This document shows, piece by piece, positions 23,991 to 37,464 of a stretch of 64,000 nucleotides of DNA (the first letter of the stretch is position 1; the number at the start of each line of letters is the position of its first letter). The DNA comes from Paraspadella gotoi (lineage: Eukaryota; Animalia; Chaetognatha), in contig CM119264.1 in assembly GCA_051294375.1 (NCBI GenBank), positions 11,197,832-11,261,831 of the forward strand, given 5' to 3'. Made by a program: the position numbers and the translations under genes. Under the pieces are notes generated by a model. That model saw nothing but the letters and a program-made list of their open reading frames with translations. It made no database searches and was not told where the DNA came from.

Positions 23991-25036
23991 GTCAGTCGAC
24001 TTAGCCTTATCCACAAATCTCCACCCAGCGTCTTTTGACCGTCGAAATTCTGTTCCTAACGCTTTCTCACATTATCCGGTGATTTGCCGAAAATGGAGGA
24101 CGGAGGAAACCCACCCCTCCGCCCCTTTCCCATTCGGCTTCGGCTTCATATCAGCGAATTCAATTTCGAAAAATGAAGGGCGTAAAGAACGAATTCTGTC
24201 TGATACGTGCAGCTGCGGTACAAATAAAATCTTTTTTCTGCCATAAGGCTAAATGAAATTTTTTCTCGGGTTTTGATGGAGGAAAAGACGGCGGGGAAGA
24301 ATTATAAGAAGTAAAGAAAGGGAGAGAGGGGGGAAAGAAGGAGAGAATATAAAAGATAGAAGTGTAAGGGGGAGAGAGAGAGAGAGGTAGGGAGAAAGAG
24401 AGAGAAGTGAGAGAGAAAGAAAGAGTGAAAGAATGAATAAATGAGAGAGAGAAAGAGAGTAAGAGAGAAAAACAACTACTAGTCTACATAGAAAGGAAAA
24501 CCGATTGTAAACAGTCGCAAAAAAAAACGTAAAAAAAAATGAAAAAAATAAACTATGGTCGTCACGAACTTGGCGGGAAAATGTCGACTCAGCATCAACA
24601 GAGGATTTACTAAAGAAATATAAAAAAAGAGACAAAAAGAAAAAAAATCCACGAGAAAAAATTTCAACCTTTTTGTATTGTATTTTGAATTGTACGTATC
24701 TATAAATTTTGTTCTTTTGTATTGCATCTTGTATCTTATTTGTATATAAAAACCATCTTTTTTTAAATTTTTGAACAATATTCCCGGATGTCACCGTGCC
24801 ACGATTAAGGTTGCCAGGTTTCAAGGGCGTTCCGTATTAAATCCAAAATCCCTAAATCCCCTTCAACCCTAAAACTCCCTCCTTTCTTTTTCTTCGAATG
24901 ACCAAAAAAAAAAAATATTATTTCGACGAAATTTCTGGGAAATTTACGAGTTGATCTTCGGAATGGCGCGGAATAGAAATTCATAGGCAACGACATGGAA
25001 TCTCCGAGTCTCTCGTCCCGATTCCGGGAGGCGGGC

Positions 25037-25110
<74 letters not shown>

Positions 25111-25789
25111 TCTCCACTCAACAAATGAAGACGATGACAATGACGACGAAAATGATATTTATATCGACCAACGGTCCATTCATCTTCATCTTTTTTATAA
25201 AAAAAAAAAAAGAAGGGAGAAATCAGCGCATCTCGCATAATTTCTTGGAGAGCCCAGCGCATTTAAAAGAAAAAAAAGGAGAAAAAAAAAAACTTGATGA
25301 ATTTTCTCCTATCCCATCTCTCTCTCTCTCTGTCTCTGTCCCGCTTTCTCTTTCTTCTTCCTCTCTGGGTATCACCCTTATGCGTGCACCATATCGACCT
25401 TTCGCGTGTCAGTGAACCATAATAATCCTAGAAGAGAGAATTCGTCTCGTCTTCCCTCCTTTTTTCTTCCCTATTTCCCCCCCCCCAAATCCCTTGGATC
25501 CAACTCCGAGTCTTCGCCTTCGTCTCCGACGTCTTCATTGTTTTCGATCTTGGCCGACGCGTCATTGCGTCTGCGTCGATGTTGCTTTTCCCTTTTTTTC
25601 TACCGAGAATATTGGAGTGCCAATCATTTAAAGTTTTCTTTCACGTCGGAAATGGCCTTCTTAATCAGTTTCGTTCATGCATTTATTAGTGGTGATAAAT
25701 ATCATGGATAATTTATATAACACTGATAATAAAGATGATTACAAAAATGATGATGATAACCTTCCAAACCATCATTGTCATCGTCGCGA

Positions 25790-25948
25790 TTCGACATCAT
25801 CAACATCATCGTCAACATCAACATCATCATCGTCATCGTCATCATAATCATCATCAACAACATAATCATCATCATCAGCGTCATCATCATCATCATCATC
25901 ATCATCATCGTCATCATCATAATAATTATCATCTTCATCGTCATCGTC
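25790..25948. repeat. Imperfect (CAT)n microsatellite
   Basis: Trinucleotide run with cgt/caa/aat variants. Confidence 0.93.
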
Positions 25949-27206
25949 TTCCTCCTAGTTAACCTCGTCTTCGTCGTCGGGGATTTTTTATGGTTTTTCT
26001 CTTCATTGCGAAGTCATAGAAGATGGAAATCGATCTGTATTCCCCTTTTTTTCCCCATCGACTTCATTTTTTTCCCATTTGCCATTAAGGAGAAACGGCG
26101 CCCGCCGGCTGGCCCTCTCCAGAATCTAGCCAATGGCCGATGGCCCTTATCATTCGACGAATAGGCCATGGCCTCTTTCATTGGGCCAAATAGTAAATTG
26201 GGCCTATAGCCTTATGGCCAACATCATTTTGTCGATAGTGGAAATCTTTCGCTTGAAATAGAAAACATCCCTTAACTAATCGCCAATGGTGGGCCACTTA
26301 GTTTCGAGTTAAATGCTTAATTTCTTTTTAGCCAATAATTGATGGTGGCCATGAGTCAAGTTTTATATATTTTTTTATATTTTCAAAGATTGGAAAAAAA
26401 TGTAATTTAAACAAAATCCGAGCAACAAAACCAATAAAGAGAATAGAAAAGGGTAACAGCTTTATCAGAAATATCGAGGAGTTCACTCATGGAGGCGATA
26501 GGAAATCGAAAATCGCTACAAAGCTCTCATCGTTGTAGTTGTTGTCGAAAATAAATGGTCGTTTCGTTCAACGCTTATAACCTACGTGATGCAATGCCAA
26601 TACAAATATTTAAATCGTAGTTTTCTATTATTTAAAGATATAGCAACTTGTCCGTAAACTCTAAACAAGAATTGAGGGAGAAAAAAAAAATTCCCGTCAT
26701 CAGTGTTTGTCGGGGTCGTCATCTTCGTCGTCGACGCCAGTTGCGCTTCTCGATTGGCGCCGCAATTCGCATCTGCGTCGCATCGAAATTTTCAAGGTTT
26801 CGACTTTTTCGATCGAGGAAAAAAAAAAGAGGGAAAAATTATTTTCTTTCCCTTCTCAAGTTGAGTTACATCGAATCAGCAGTTGCAATTTCGTGTTTGG
26901 CGACATCGAGGGTCGGTTGGGGGCGAAGGGAAGAGGTAGGGGACAGCGATTGTAGATGGGGACGGAGCAGGGTAAGGAGAAGTAGGGTTGTGCTCTTGAA
27001 ACGCGGAAGTTGTCGGTCGAGAGTCGAGTCGGCGTTTGTCGATTGACTTTCGCGTTGACGTAGTAGAGATGAAAAATTCGAGTCTTGTCTCCTAATCTGA
27101 TTTTGCCCGAGGCGATGCTTTACTTTGTGTTTGATGACTTTCTGACTTACGAGCCTCATTTCATGCTTCCTTTTCTCTTTATTGCTTGGCTTCTGTCCTT
27201 TTTTTT

Positions 27207-28659
27207 GAGATAGCCAAACAAATTCCATAACAAACCAAAGAATTTCGAGTGAGAAAGTAAAACAAAAAAAAAAAAAGAAATAAGAAGGGACGCAGAAGCG
27301 AACCGAAATGGTAAGAGGCAAAGGACTTTTCCTCTCTTCCAGAGACTTACCTCGTTTTCTCCAAGGCGACAACGAAGAGGCGACCAAACAAAGGGATGAG
27401 AAAAATGGATTTTGGTTCTCGTCCTTTGGTTGCGAAAGAGTTTGAGGATTTCACCTCTCAGTATTTTTTGTGTGTTTATCAGATTCATTCGATTATTTTG
27501 CATTTTCGTATTCATGTTTTCGAATCAACGTTGTAAATTTATGGAGATTTTCGGTATTAGATTTTTTTGTCTAGTCGAATCTATTTAATTAGAATTAAGT
27601 TAAATCTCTAATGAATTCCGTTTCCTGCTTTGTCTTCTTCTTCTCACGAAATACCTCCTCCATAGTTTTTCCTTCTCTCCGCTCTTCCGACCTTTGGCTT
27701 TGCAATATCCTGTCGCCCTTGACAACCTGTCTGGCGGCCTTCCGCCCCAACTTCGCTCTTAGAATCTCCCAGGCGACGTAGGAGCTTTATCGATTTCTTT
27801 TTCTTTTTTTTCTTCCTTCCGATTCTTTCGAGTTGCGATGCATAAATTACGATCGAAAAAAAAAATCGTCTGCGATGGTATTGCCACTCGACCACAAATG
27901 ACGTGACGATGGCGTCGCTGATTATCATTTCGATTTCGTCATGGATGGCCAAAGTGCCTTGATACTTGATGTCATTACTTACGGGAAGTTGTCCAGATGG
28001 AAATATTTAAAGTATTTGCGATAGTGAAAGTTGGAAACAATTACAAAAATGGCGCTGCAGATTGCGTCGATGGAAGGTTTTTCGGTTTTTCGGTTTTCCT
28101 ATGTACTTCTCTCTGATTTATTCTTCTCTTTTTACTTACTTCATACCCTTCCGCTCTTTTTTCCGGCTCCGTCCTTCCTCTCCGCTCCAGTAATTTCTTC
28201 ACGCTCCAGTACTTCATCACGGCTCCACAAGAGTTGTTCCTCGATCCTGGGGCGAAAACGCAGCTCGAATAAATTATGGAGATAAGTTTCTCGCCGACGC
28301 GCGGTTTTTTTTTTCGCCTCCGACTCGCCCATTTCTTTTTTTTTTTCGTTTATCGCGACTCGCGAGTCGAAATCATCATCACCTCTGGCCCCTCTCTCGC
28401 TCCGACCCTGTGTCCCCTTACTCTGCCCCTTGCCCTTTACTGTGCCCCCCCTCCCCTGACTCCGCCTCTCGTTCCTTACCTGGAAAAAAAAAACCTTTCG
28501 CATCATTGTTTTGATAAAGAGATCATCCTCGCTGGGAGGGAGAGGGAGTGAGGGGGATACTGAGAGACAATGGGGCAAAGAGACAAACCAGGAGCTTAGG
28601 GACAAAGAGACAGAGAGAGTGAGAGACAATGACGGATAGAAGTTAGAGAATCGGGGTGG
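27207..28659. repeat. Segment A (about 1.45 kb), inverted copy at 37465-38930
   Basis: gagatagccaaacaaattcc at 27207 pairs with gaatttgtttggctatctc ending 38930; gttagagaatcggggtgg at about 28642 pairs with ccaccccgattctctaac at 37465. Confidence 0.93.
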
Positions 28660-28984
28660 GTCGTGTACTTCATCAACATCAAGCAGCAAAAACCAGGAGT
28701 ATATTCTATAAAAATCCATCACTTTTTTTCATCAAGTATCCCGCCTGGGGTAAATATGAGAAAAATCCTTGATTTAGGAGGGAGAGAGAAGAGAGAGAGG
28801 GAGAGAGAGAGAGAAGGAGAGAAGAGAGAGAGAGAGAGGAGAGAGAGAGGAGAAGAGAGGAGAGATAAAGAGAGCTTAGATAGATAGACACAAGAGAGAA
28901 AAAAGAAGAAAGAAAGAAAAAAAGAAAGCAAAGAAAGAAAGAAAAGAAAGAAAGAAAGAAAGAAAGAAAAAGAAAGAAAGCAAG

Positions 28985-30018
28985 AAAGAAAAGAAGAAAA
29001 GAAACGAAAGAAACAAAGACAGAGCCAGTAAAACGCGGAACAATACGGAGCGGAAAAAAAACAACAAAAAAATGGTGGGAATAAAAAAGGAGAAATAAAA
29101 AGTGAAAAAGAGACATGAAGGGCGGAAAATTGATGCGTAGAGGAGTGAATAATGGTAAGTGGGAGGAAAGCGACGAAGAGGCAACAAGAAACTTTATCTC
29201 TTTCCGCTGCCAATCCTCTGCAGCTTCATTTTTAAAAAAAGAAATCTCCCCCCCGCCCCCCCCCCATTTATTTTTATCGTTTTTTTAACTTCATTATCTC
29301 GTTTCTCGCGGATTCTACTTTCAAGGAGAGAATAAAGTCCCTTTTATTTTTTCCTTCTTTACTCTATTTATAGTTGCGCCGCGGAGACCTCACGGAGCAA
29401 CTCTATAGAGTTCTTTTGGCGCGTCTGTCGGTCGTCGGTTGAATGTTGGGTATCTCTTGTCGGTCGTCCCACTTATATCAAAATATTAAATAAAAATAAA
29501 ATACTTGTTAAACGCTTTATCAATTAAGTTTCCATATTTGGTATGAAGGTAAGGCACCTATAAGACTTTAACCGTATCACTTGAAAAATCGATCACATCG
29601 ACCCAAATTTAATGCCGCTTACTATATTATATTGGTTATTTTTGGTTATATTTTGGTTATATTTGTTACTTTTGCTGAGCGGGAAAAATCAAACTCAAGC
29701 GACCTTTGGTTTTTAAAGAATATGAAGAATAAAAAACGTTTTTCGGATGCAGTGCATATCGAAAATACATGGAAATACACAATACACAATACACATAATG
29801 AGATAGTCACTGCGGCGCACACACATTGGAACTCCGTTCTCGTTTTCTTTTATATTATTATGTATACTTTTTAGATCGATCAGTAAATAAATGACAATAA
29901 AGAATGACCCCCAGGCAAACTCGATCGAGGTCAACTGGGCGCGAAAGATTGACGAGATAAAAAAGTTGACCAATAGGATGGCAGCTCACTTTGTTCAAAA
30001 GTTCATTTCAGTTCTGTT

Positions 30019-30106
<88 letters not shown>

Positions 30107-31637
30107 CTTTTTGAGGGCAGTAGTATTTATATTTTTCTCATGCTTTTTGTGTAATTATCTTTTTAATTCTGTTCAAATATAATATTTCCGTCTTCTCCAT
30201 TATTCCCCTCCGCCCGCCCCCACCTCGATTTTATTCTTACACTTTTATCGCCACAAAACGACGCCTGACATACGCATTAGGCAAAGCCCTTCCCGTCTGA
30301 CCCGGAAATGCCCGCTGTCGTCTTCTTCTTCATCGAAAGACCTTCACAACATCACATCCTCTTTTTTTCTCGCGATTTTCCTGTTTTGACGAAAAAGACG
30401 AAGCGATTCTTCCGATGTCGCGAGAAGAAAAAAAAACTCCCCTCCGAATTTAACGACCTGGATGAACTCAATCTCGAAGGGAAGGAAGAGGCAAAACAAA
30501 GGAAAAGAGAAAGTAGGAAAGAAAGAGATAGGAAAGGAATGGAAAGTGAAAACAAAAAGAAAAGAGACAAACAAGTGAAGGACAAGAATGAGAAACGGGA
30601 AGGAGAAAAAATGCGTGATGGAAGGGAGAGAAGTGAAAAAGACAATGGAAAGTAAACCGAAAGGAGAGGGGTAAAACACTTTATAATAGCCAAACGAAAA
30701 ATGTAGTGACAAGGAAAAAAGAAGAGAAAAGGAAAAGAAAATGAGAGAAATGAACCGAAAAAGGAAATGGAAGGAAAGGAACAAAAAGAAGAAAGGAAGC
30801 GAAAGGAGAGAGATACAAGAGAGGGTGAGGAACGTTAAAGGAAGAGAAGGAATAAAAAGAACAAAAAAGGAAAAAGCTCAAACAAAATAAAAAATAAAAG
30901 TATTGGAATGTTAATAGAACGAGTTTCATCGATCGTCGTATCGTTTTACTCAATTGAATCACCAAGAGAAGAACAAGCAAAATTAAAATATTGAACGANN
31001 NNNNNNNNNNNNNNNNNNNNNNNTCCTTTTTTCCTTTCCCTACATTTTTCGTTTTTATTTATAAGTTTTTTTCCCCCTCTCCCTTCGGTTAACTTTCCAT
31101 TCTTTTTCACTTCTCTCCTTTCCATCGCCATTTTTCTCCTTTCCGTTTCTCATTCTTTCCTTCACTTTTGTCTCTTTTTCCTTTTTTCACTTTTCCATTC
31201 CTTTCCTATCTCTCTCTTTCCTTACTTTCCTTTTCCTTTGTTTTGGCCTCTTCCTTCCCTTCGAGATTGAGTTCATCCAGGTCGTTAAATTCAGGGGAGT
31301 TTTTTTTTCTTCTCGCGACATCGAAGAATCGCTTCGTCTTTTTCGTCAAAACAGAGAAAATCGCAGAAAAAAAGAGGATGTGATGTTGTGAAGGTCTTTC
31401 GATGAAGAAGAAGACGACAGCGGCATTTCCGGGTCAGAAACGGGAAGGGCCTTTGCCTAATGCGTATGTCAGGCGTCGTTTTGTGGCGATAAAAGATGTA
31501 AGAAAGAAATCGAGGTGGGGGCGGGCGGAGGGGGATAATGGGAAAGACGGAAATATTATATTTGAACAGAATTAAAAAGATAATTACACAAAAAGCATGA
31601 GAAAAATATAAATACTTAGCTGCCGCTCAAAACGGCG

Positions 31638-31720
<83 letters not shown>

Positions 31721-32752
31721 AAAAAGAACAGAACTGAAATGAACTTATTGAACAAAGTGAGCTGCCATCCTTTGGTCAACTTTTTGATCTCGTCAATCTT
31801 TCGCGCCAGTTGACCTCGAATAGAGTTTGCCTGGGGTCATTCTTTATTGTCATTTATTTACTGATCGATCTAAAAAAGTATAACAATAATATAAAAAGAA
31901 AACGAGAACGGAGATTCCAATGTGTGTTGCGCCGCAGTGACTATCTCATTATGTGTATTGTGTATTGTGTATTTCCATGTATTTTCGACATGCACTGCAT
32001 CTGAAAACGTTTTTTATTCTTCATATTCTTTAAAAACCAAAGGTCGCTTTGATTTGATTTTTCCCGCTCAGCAAAAGTAACAATTATAACCAAAATATAA
32101 CCAAAATATAACCAATATAATTATAAGCGGCATTAAATTTTGGGTCATGTGATCGATTTTTCAAGTGATAGGTTAAAGGTCTTATGGTGCCTTACCTTCA
32201 TACCAAATATGAACTTAATTGATAAAGCGTTAACAAGTTATTTTATTTTTATTTAATATTTTTAATATAAGTGGGACAGACCGACAAAGAGACATACCGA
32301 CCATTCAACCGACCGACCGACAGACCGACCAAAAACTAACTCATAGAGTTGCTCCGTGAGGTCTCGCGGCGCAACTATAAATAGAGTAAAGAAGGAAAAA
32401 ATAAAAGGGACTTTATTCTCTCCTTGAAAGTAGAATCCGCGAGAAACGAGATACATGAAGTTAAAACGATAAAAATAAATTGGGGGGGGGCGAGGGGGAG
32501 ATTTCTTTTTTAAAAAATGAAGCTGCGAGGATTGGCAGCGGGAAAGAGGTTGAGAATAAAGTTTCTTTGTTGCCTCTTCGTCGCTTTCTCCCCACTTACC
32601 ATTATTCACTCCTCTACGCATCAATTTTCCGCCTCATGTCTCTTTTTCACTTTTTATTTTCTCTTTTTTATTCCCCCTTTTTTTGTTGTTTTTTTTTCCC
32701 TTCCGTATTGTTCCTCGTTTACTGGGCTCTGTCTTTGTTTCTTTGTTTCTTT

Positions 32753-32784
<32 letters not shown>

Positions 32785-32785
32785 G
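28985..32785. repeat. Large imperfect palindrome, arms about 28985-30720 and 31024-32785, around a 25-N gap (30999-31023)
   Basis: Continuous reverse-complement match, for example aatacacaatacacataatgagatagtcactgcggcgca versus tgcgccgcagtgactatctcattatgtgtattgtgtatt. Confidence 0.93.
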
Positions 32786-35149
32786 TGTGGGTCGTGTACT
32801 TCATCAACATCCAAGCAGAAAAACCTGGAGATATATTCTATAAAAATCCATCACTTTTTTCATCAAGTTCCGCCTGGTGGGTAAATATGAAGAAAAATTC
32901 CGAATCTGATCGTGGTCAAGATATAGCGGAGAGAGATAGATCTCGTCTTCGCAGCATCCGCAGCGGCCGACAGGACGCGTGTACGAGCTGCGCTGTGAAG
33001 CCACGAGGGTCTTTCGGACCGCTGCATCGCTTTACAAATTCCTCGAAGACGAAATGCAAGAGAGACAAATTGGACGGTACAGAGCCTACGTCTCGACGAA
33101 ACCAAAGAAGAGAAAGAGGAAGAATTATTTTGACGTTCTCCGAGGCTTGCTCTCCCACCTTTGTATGCTGTTTATCGATTTGTACAGACAGGTAAAGATG
33201 GAGAGCGCCACGAAGAAATAGAGGAGCAGCAGATAAGAGCAGTGGAAGCCAGAGAACGGATGACGCCGACGATCGCCCTTGTCTATGGTAATCATTGATA
33301 AGACCGACGACGAACGATATGATTGGCAGAGACGCCGAGAGTAGAGAGGAAACTCAAGACAAGTCGCGCAAGGATACTATAGGAAAGAAACTCAAACTTC
33401 GATACAGCGGAAGACTGACCAACACAAGAAGTGAGACTGATAGAATATGTATAAGTCTTGTTATCGTCACGGAGGAGTATTGACAAAGGGTAAATATAAA
33501 AGAAATTAAATATGTATCGAACAGATAAAGAAAAATTATATCTTTTAGAAAACAATCAACGGTTCCGTTAGGTTCTTTCTGTTATTCGTATTATAGTTCA
33601 CCTGCTCAAAATCTTCATGATCAAATGATGTATCTCGATCTATAAAATCGAGTGCAATTTACAAGTCACACCGTTTTTAACGTGCGTAACTTATCTCGTT
33701 TTTACTCAGAACTGGAAAATCCCGCTATTCCGACTGACTCCGCCACTACGCTCTAAGAACACATAAAATCAGCTCTTCTCAAACCGCGCGTGGTAATCGA
33801 CAGAGCGTCTGACCCAAATGATGTGACCGTATAACCACTAAGAAGACCTTCACGAATAAGATCGGGAAGGAAAGATATGTACTTCAGGAAAGTGGATTTT
33901 TTTACCAAAGGTGTTAACCGTCACACGTCGAAGACTTACGCTATTCTCCCGTGTTGAAATTGATTGAAATTAAAATGCGCGTTATGAGGGATGGTGAGAA
34001 TATTGTTCGCGTTTACTATTTTTATTTCTTTTAATTAATTCATTTATGTTATTATATTATTATTATTACTATTATCATTTTTATATCATATTATATATAT
34101 ATTTATTATGATTATTAGTCATAGCTCCCTTTTAGATAGTGTGTGAGCATAGAAGTCTCCTTATCATTTGCGAACAACAATATACTACAGTAGGTGACCA
34201 TATAATCTAGACAAATTAAAAATCATTACCGCTAAAACTGTTAATGATTTTCGAAATCTGATTAAAGACAGTTATAATGAAAGAACCCCTCCTACCGAGA
34301 CTGCGGAGAGAGAGGCAACAGCAGAAGAAAGCAGATATATGATAAACTGGATTGTCATCAAAGTCCTCCGGTGCCCGCTGCGCGTCGCACAAAGATATTT
34401 ATAAGTGCCCATCCGCTTGGAGTTATATTACATGGGTACCTTAATAAAATAGCAAAGGCATATAGATAGTATACAGACTAATTAAATTACATCAAACATT
34501 TTAATTCTGTACAACAATACAATAAAAATACAGAAACACAAGTTGATCCAGAAGAAAATACGGTAAAGACGCAGAGTCTATCTCTGTTGCGTGATTGTGG
34601 ACTGCAGCTACTGATGGCCCCGAAGCGTGCTCCTAAACGTCCAGTCACCATGTCCACTCTACGTCGATACTGCAAACCACCGACTGGCGCTGCAGAGACT
34701 CCGCGTATCTTCAATATCTCTCTAACCCCGGAACCAAAACGAGCATCTGGTTACGCGTCTCGACTTTACCTAAACTCCATTTCTTAGGTTCTTTAGCCGA
34801 CTATATTAATTGTTTTTAATTCTTACTATAACTGCTTATATATAAATATTCACACTTCAAATGTTATTTTCGTCTTTCGCTCGTCTTCGTTCACTCGGGT
34901 CGCCACCAAATATATCTATTCACTATAAGCATCTTTATATCTTTTTCTCAAATGGTCAAAGATTTTTCGGTTTCGGGCGGTGATTTTTTTTCTAGCGGCG
35001 GGTTCAAATAATAACATTGTATGTTATCATAAATCTTAAGAGGCAGGTGTTTTGGTTGTTATTCTATCTGATGCAATTTCTAAACAAATACGTTTCGATC
35101 ACCACTTAGGTGATAGTAGCTTTCTCACTTCCCACCAGATTCGATTCGT

Positions 35150-35520
35150 TCACTTTGCCACCACGATACGGTCAACGTCGCTCCGAAGCCAATTAAAAAG
35201 TCAAACAATCGACCTCTTCGCTTAAGACGTGAACTTGATGACCTCGCTGAAGAGTGACCCCAATCCTGGCGTCGAGGCTCTTTACTCCGAAACTGTGCAA
35301 GTCGTAAAACATCTGAAAAAAGCTTTGCTTCTCCTCCCGTATTCACCGCCGTTCGTCGCCATGCTTTTCAGCTTACCTAAACCATACGAGGATAAAAGAG
35401 GGAGAATTTACGAACTTCTTCAGAAGGACCTGGCGATCAAGACACAAAATTGGAAAACTGCACCCTGTGCTCAATACGGGCATCGGAGATCTGGTTGCCA
35501 ATGTGTCACAATGACCTGTG
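35150..35520 (+). mobile_element. Possible highly decayed Tc1/mariner transposase C-terminal fragment
   Basis: PYSP..SPC..LPK....RGRIY then GI.DL...CV resemble mariner PPYSPDLSPCDF.LFPKLK..LRGRRF and GI..L..RW.KCV; heavily frameshifted. Confidence 0.3.
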
Positions 35521-37464
35521 TTTTGCCTATTTTGATTTAGTTAATACAATCCCGAGTGTTTATTTGAACCCCTCCCTTTCTCAGGAATGGGTAAAGTCTA
35601 TGGTGAGTCAAACAATCTAGTTCCCTATGCTCTCTATATTCTCGAGTCGAACTTTCACTTACGGGAGATTTATATCTTCAATTTTTAGTGCTCCTCGCAC
35701 GGCATGAACAACGTCGTCTGGAGCAACCTAAGTTATGTATTGACGTCTAGATCCTACAAATATATGCACCGATATTAAATATCGTGTTATCATTCATTCA
35801 ATAAGCTATCTTTCCTCTGTTTTTGGACCAAACGGTGGGGGGTTCCATCCCTCTTATTAATAAGAACAAAGCAAGCTTTCAATAAAGACTATCACAGTCA
35901 GATAATTAACTCTCAAGAGCGCCAAATTGAGTATTTGTATCACTATTATCTAGTACATCATTTCTTATTTTTTGTCCAATAGCCTGAAAATGAAACTTAA
36001 AATGTAAAATCGACCGAGTTTCACCATTCTTCTTTCCCGTCTATGAGTCCCTCGTCCTGGGCTAAGGTACAGATTCGATCATCTTATAGCCAAGGCGCCC
36101 AAATTCCTAAATTCGGTAGGTAATTCACTTTTGGATCTGCTCGGACGGCTCGCTCAGGCGCTCTCGATGCCTCTGGCGTCCCAACGCCACGCCCGTCTGC
36201 CCTCAAGCAGGACCGGAAGGACATCAAGGTTACAGAAAGGCTCTGCGGCACCGCGGCGTTGACGAGTGTAAGAGAGCGGTCGTCGCGGGAGAGATATTAA
36301 TTGATTAGTTAGAGGATGCGTTTCTCTGGACATCCAGCGGTGAATATTCCTCGCTGTTACGTGGATGTTAAAAACTGCGCCGCTTGGTCCACCTCGTTTC
36401 GCGCCGTCGTACAGCTCCTTCTTCCCTTTCTACTCTTCCGTTGCTGTTTCTTTGTAAATGCCTTACGTTTTGACCCATTTTGCAAAAATTATAGAAAAGC
36501 GTTCTGTATAAATACATTTAGAAATAAATGATTTTATTTCCCTCGTGTAAGTATCGCTTTTCGACCCTCTTAGTCAATTATATGCTTGTCGATGGCCTTT
36601 TTGCATTACTTATGCCAAATGGCTCACACGAACTGAACATTATTGCCTACCCTCCTGACCAAAAACTTCTTTTTATAACATTCAGTAATTCTTCTCTGCT
36701 TATCGAATCTAAGTCAGACGTTGATGAAGTTCGATCATTTATTATTCTTAAATTGAGTCGAACTACGCTCTGGCTTTGGGTGGTGTGCACAGTAATGAGT
36801 AAACTAATCCTTGAAATCATTCAGAGTCAATTTTTTTGTTAAACGCTTGTTACATGGATGATCAGAAAAAAGCACTATTTTATCCTGCCTGCTTTTCCCA
36901 GTCGTAGTAATTCTTATCATCTTTTCGATATCGATTTGCAATGTTGAAGTGTGTTTTGAAGATTTCATTTCATGACATTACTGCTTAAAACAAACAATAA
37001 TCATTTGACGGGTACTTCTTTTTTCTTTGACGCCATATCTTGTCGATATATCTACAGTAAAATTAAGCGCTATCAGAATAGGATAGCACGGTAAAATGGA
37101 ACCCCTCGAATTACAGACCCTCGGAAATATGTACGACTTGTAAATAAGTAGAATATTTTTAGCCCCAGAATTTTATAGCCGGATCTGCTTGCAGCAAATT
37201 TCCCGGCTCTATAATTCCTATGGGGGCGGACCCGACACAATTGCCATCCCCAATTATATTGAATGATTCATGTAGAACCTCAGTTATGATAAATGAATAA
37301 AAAATAAAGCATATAAACGCCAGTTAACTTTGAGTGGATGAAGGCGACTTAAGAATCTTCTGTGTGGTAAAGAGTGTGTTAATGACTGGAAATCCAGTTT
37401 CTGAGAATTTTTCGTAATATATTGTATTTATTTTTGGTTNNNNNNNNNNNNNNNNNNNNNNNNN

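Noticed and set aside
25702-26164. His-rich, Met-rich and Ile-rich ORFs suggesting a metal-binding peptide
   Set aside because: Different frames of one (CAT)n microsatellite; no convincing splice sites or coding context
26080-26355. Cluster of ggcc/tggcca palindromic motifs, possible MITE
   Set aside because: No terminal inverted repeats or target-site duplication could be defined
27850-28770. Exon-like GC patches inside segments A and B
   Set aside because: The two copies disagree in frame and no recognisable protein or consistent splice chain could be built
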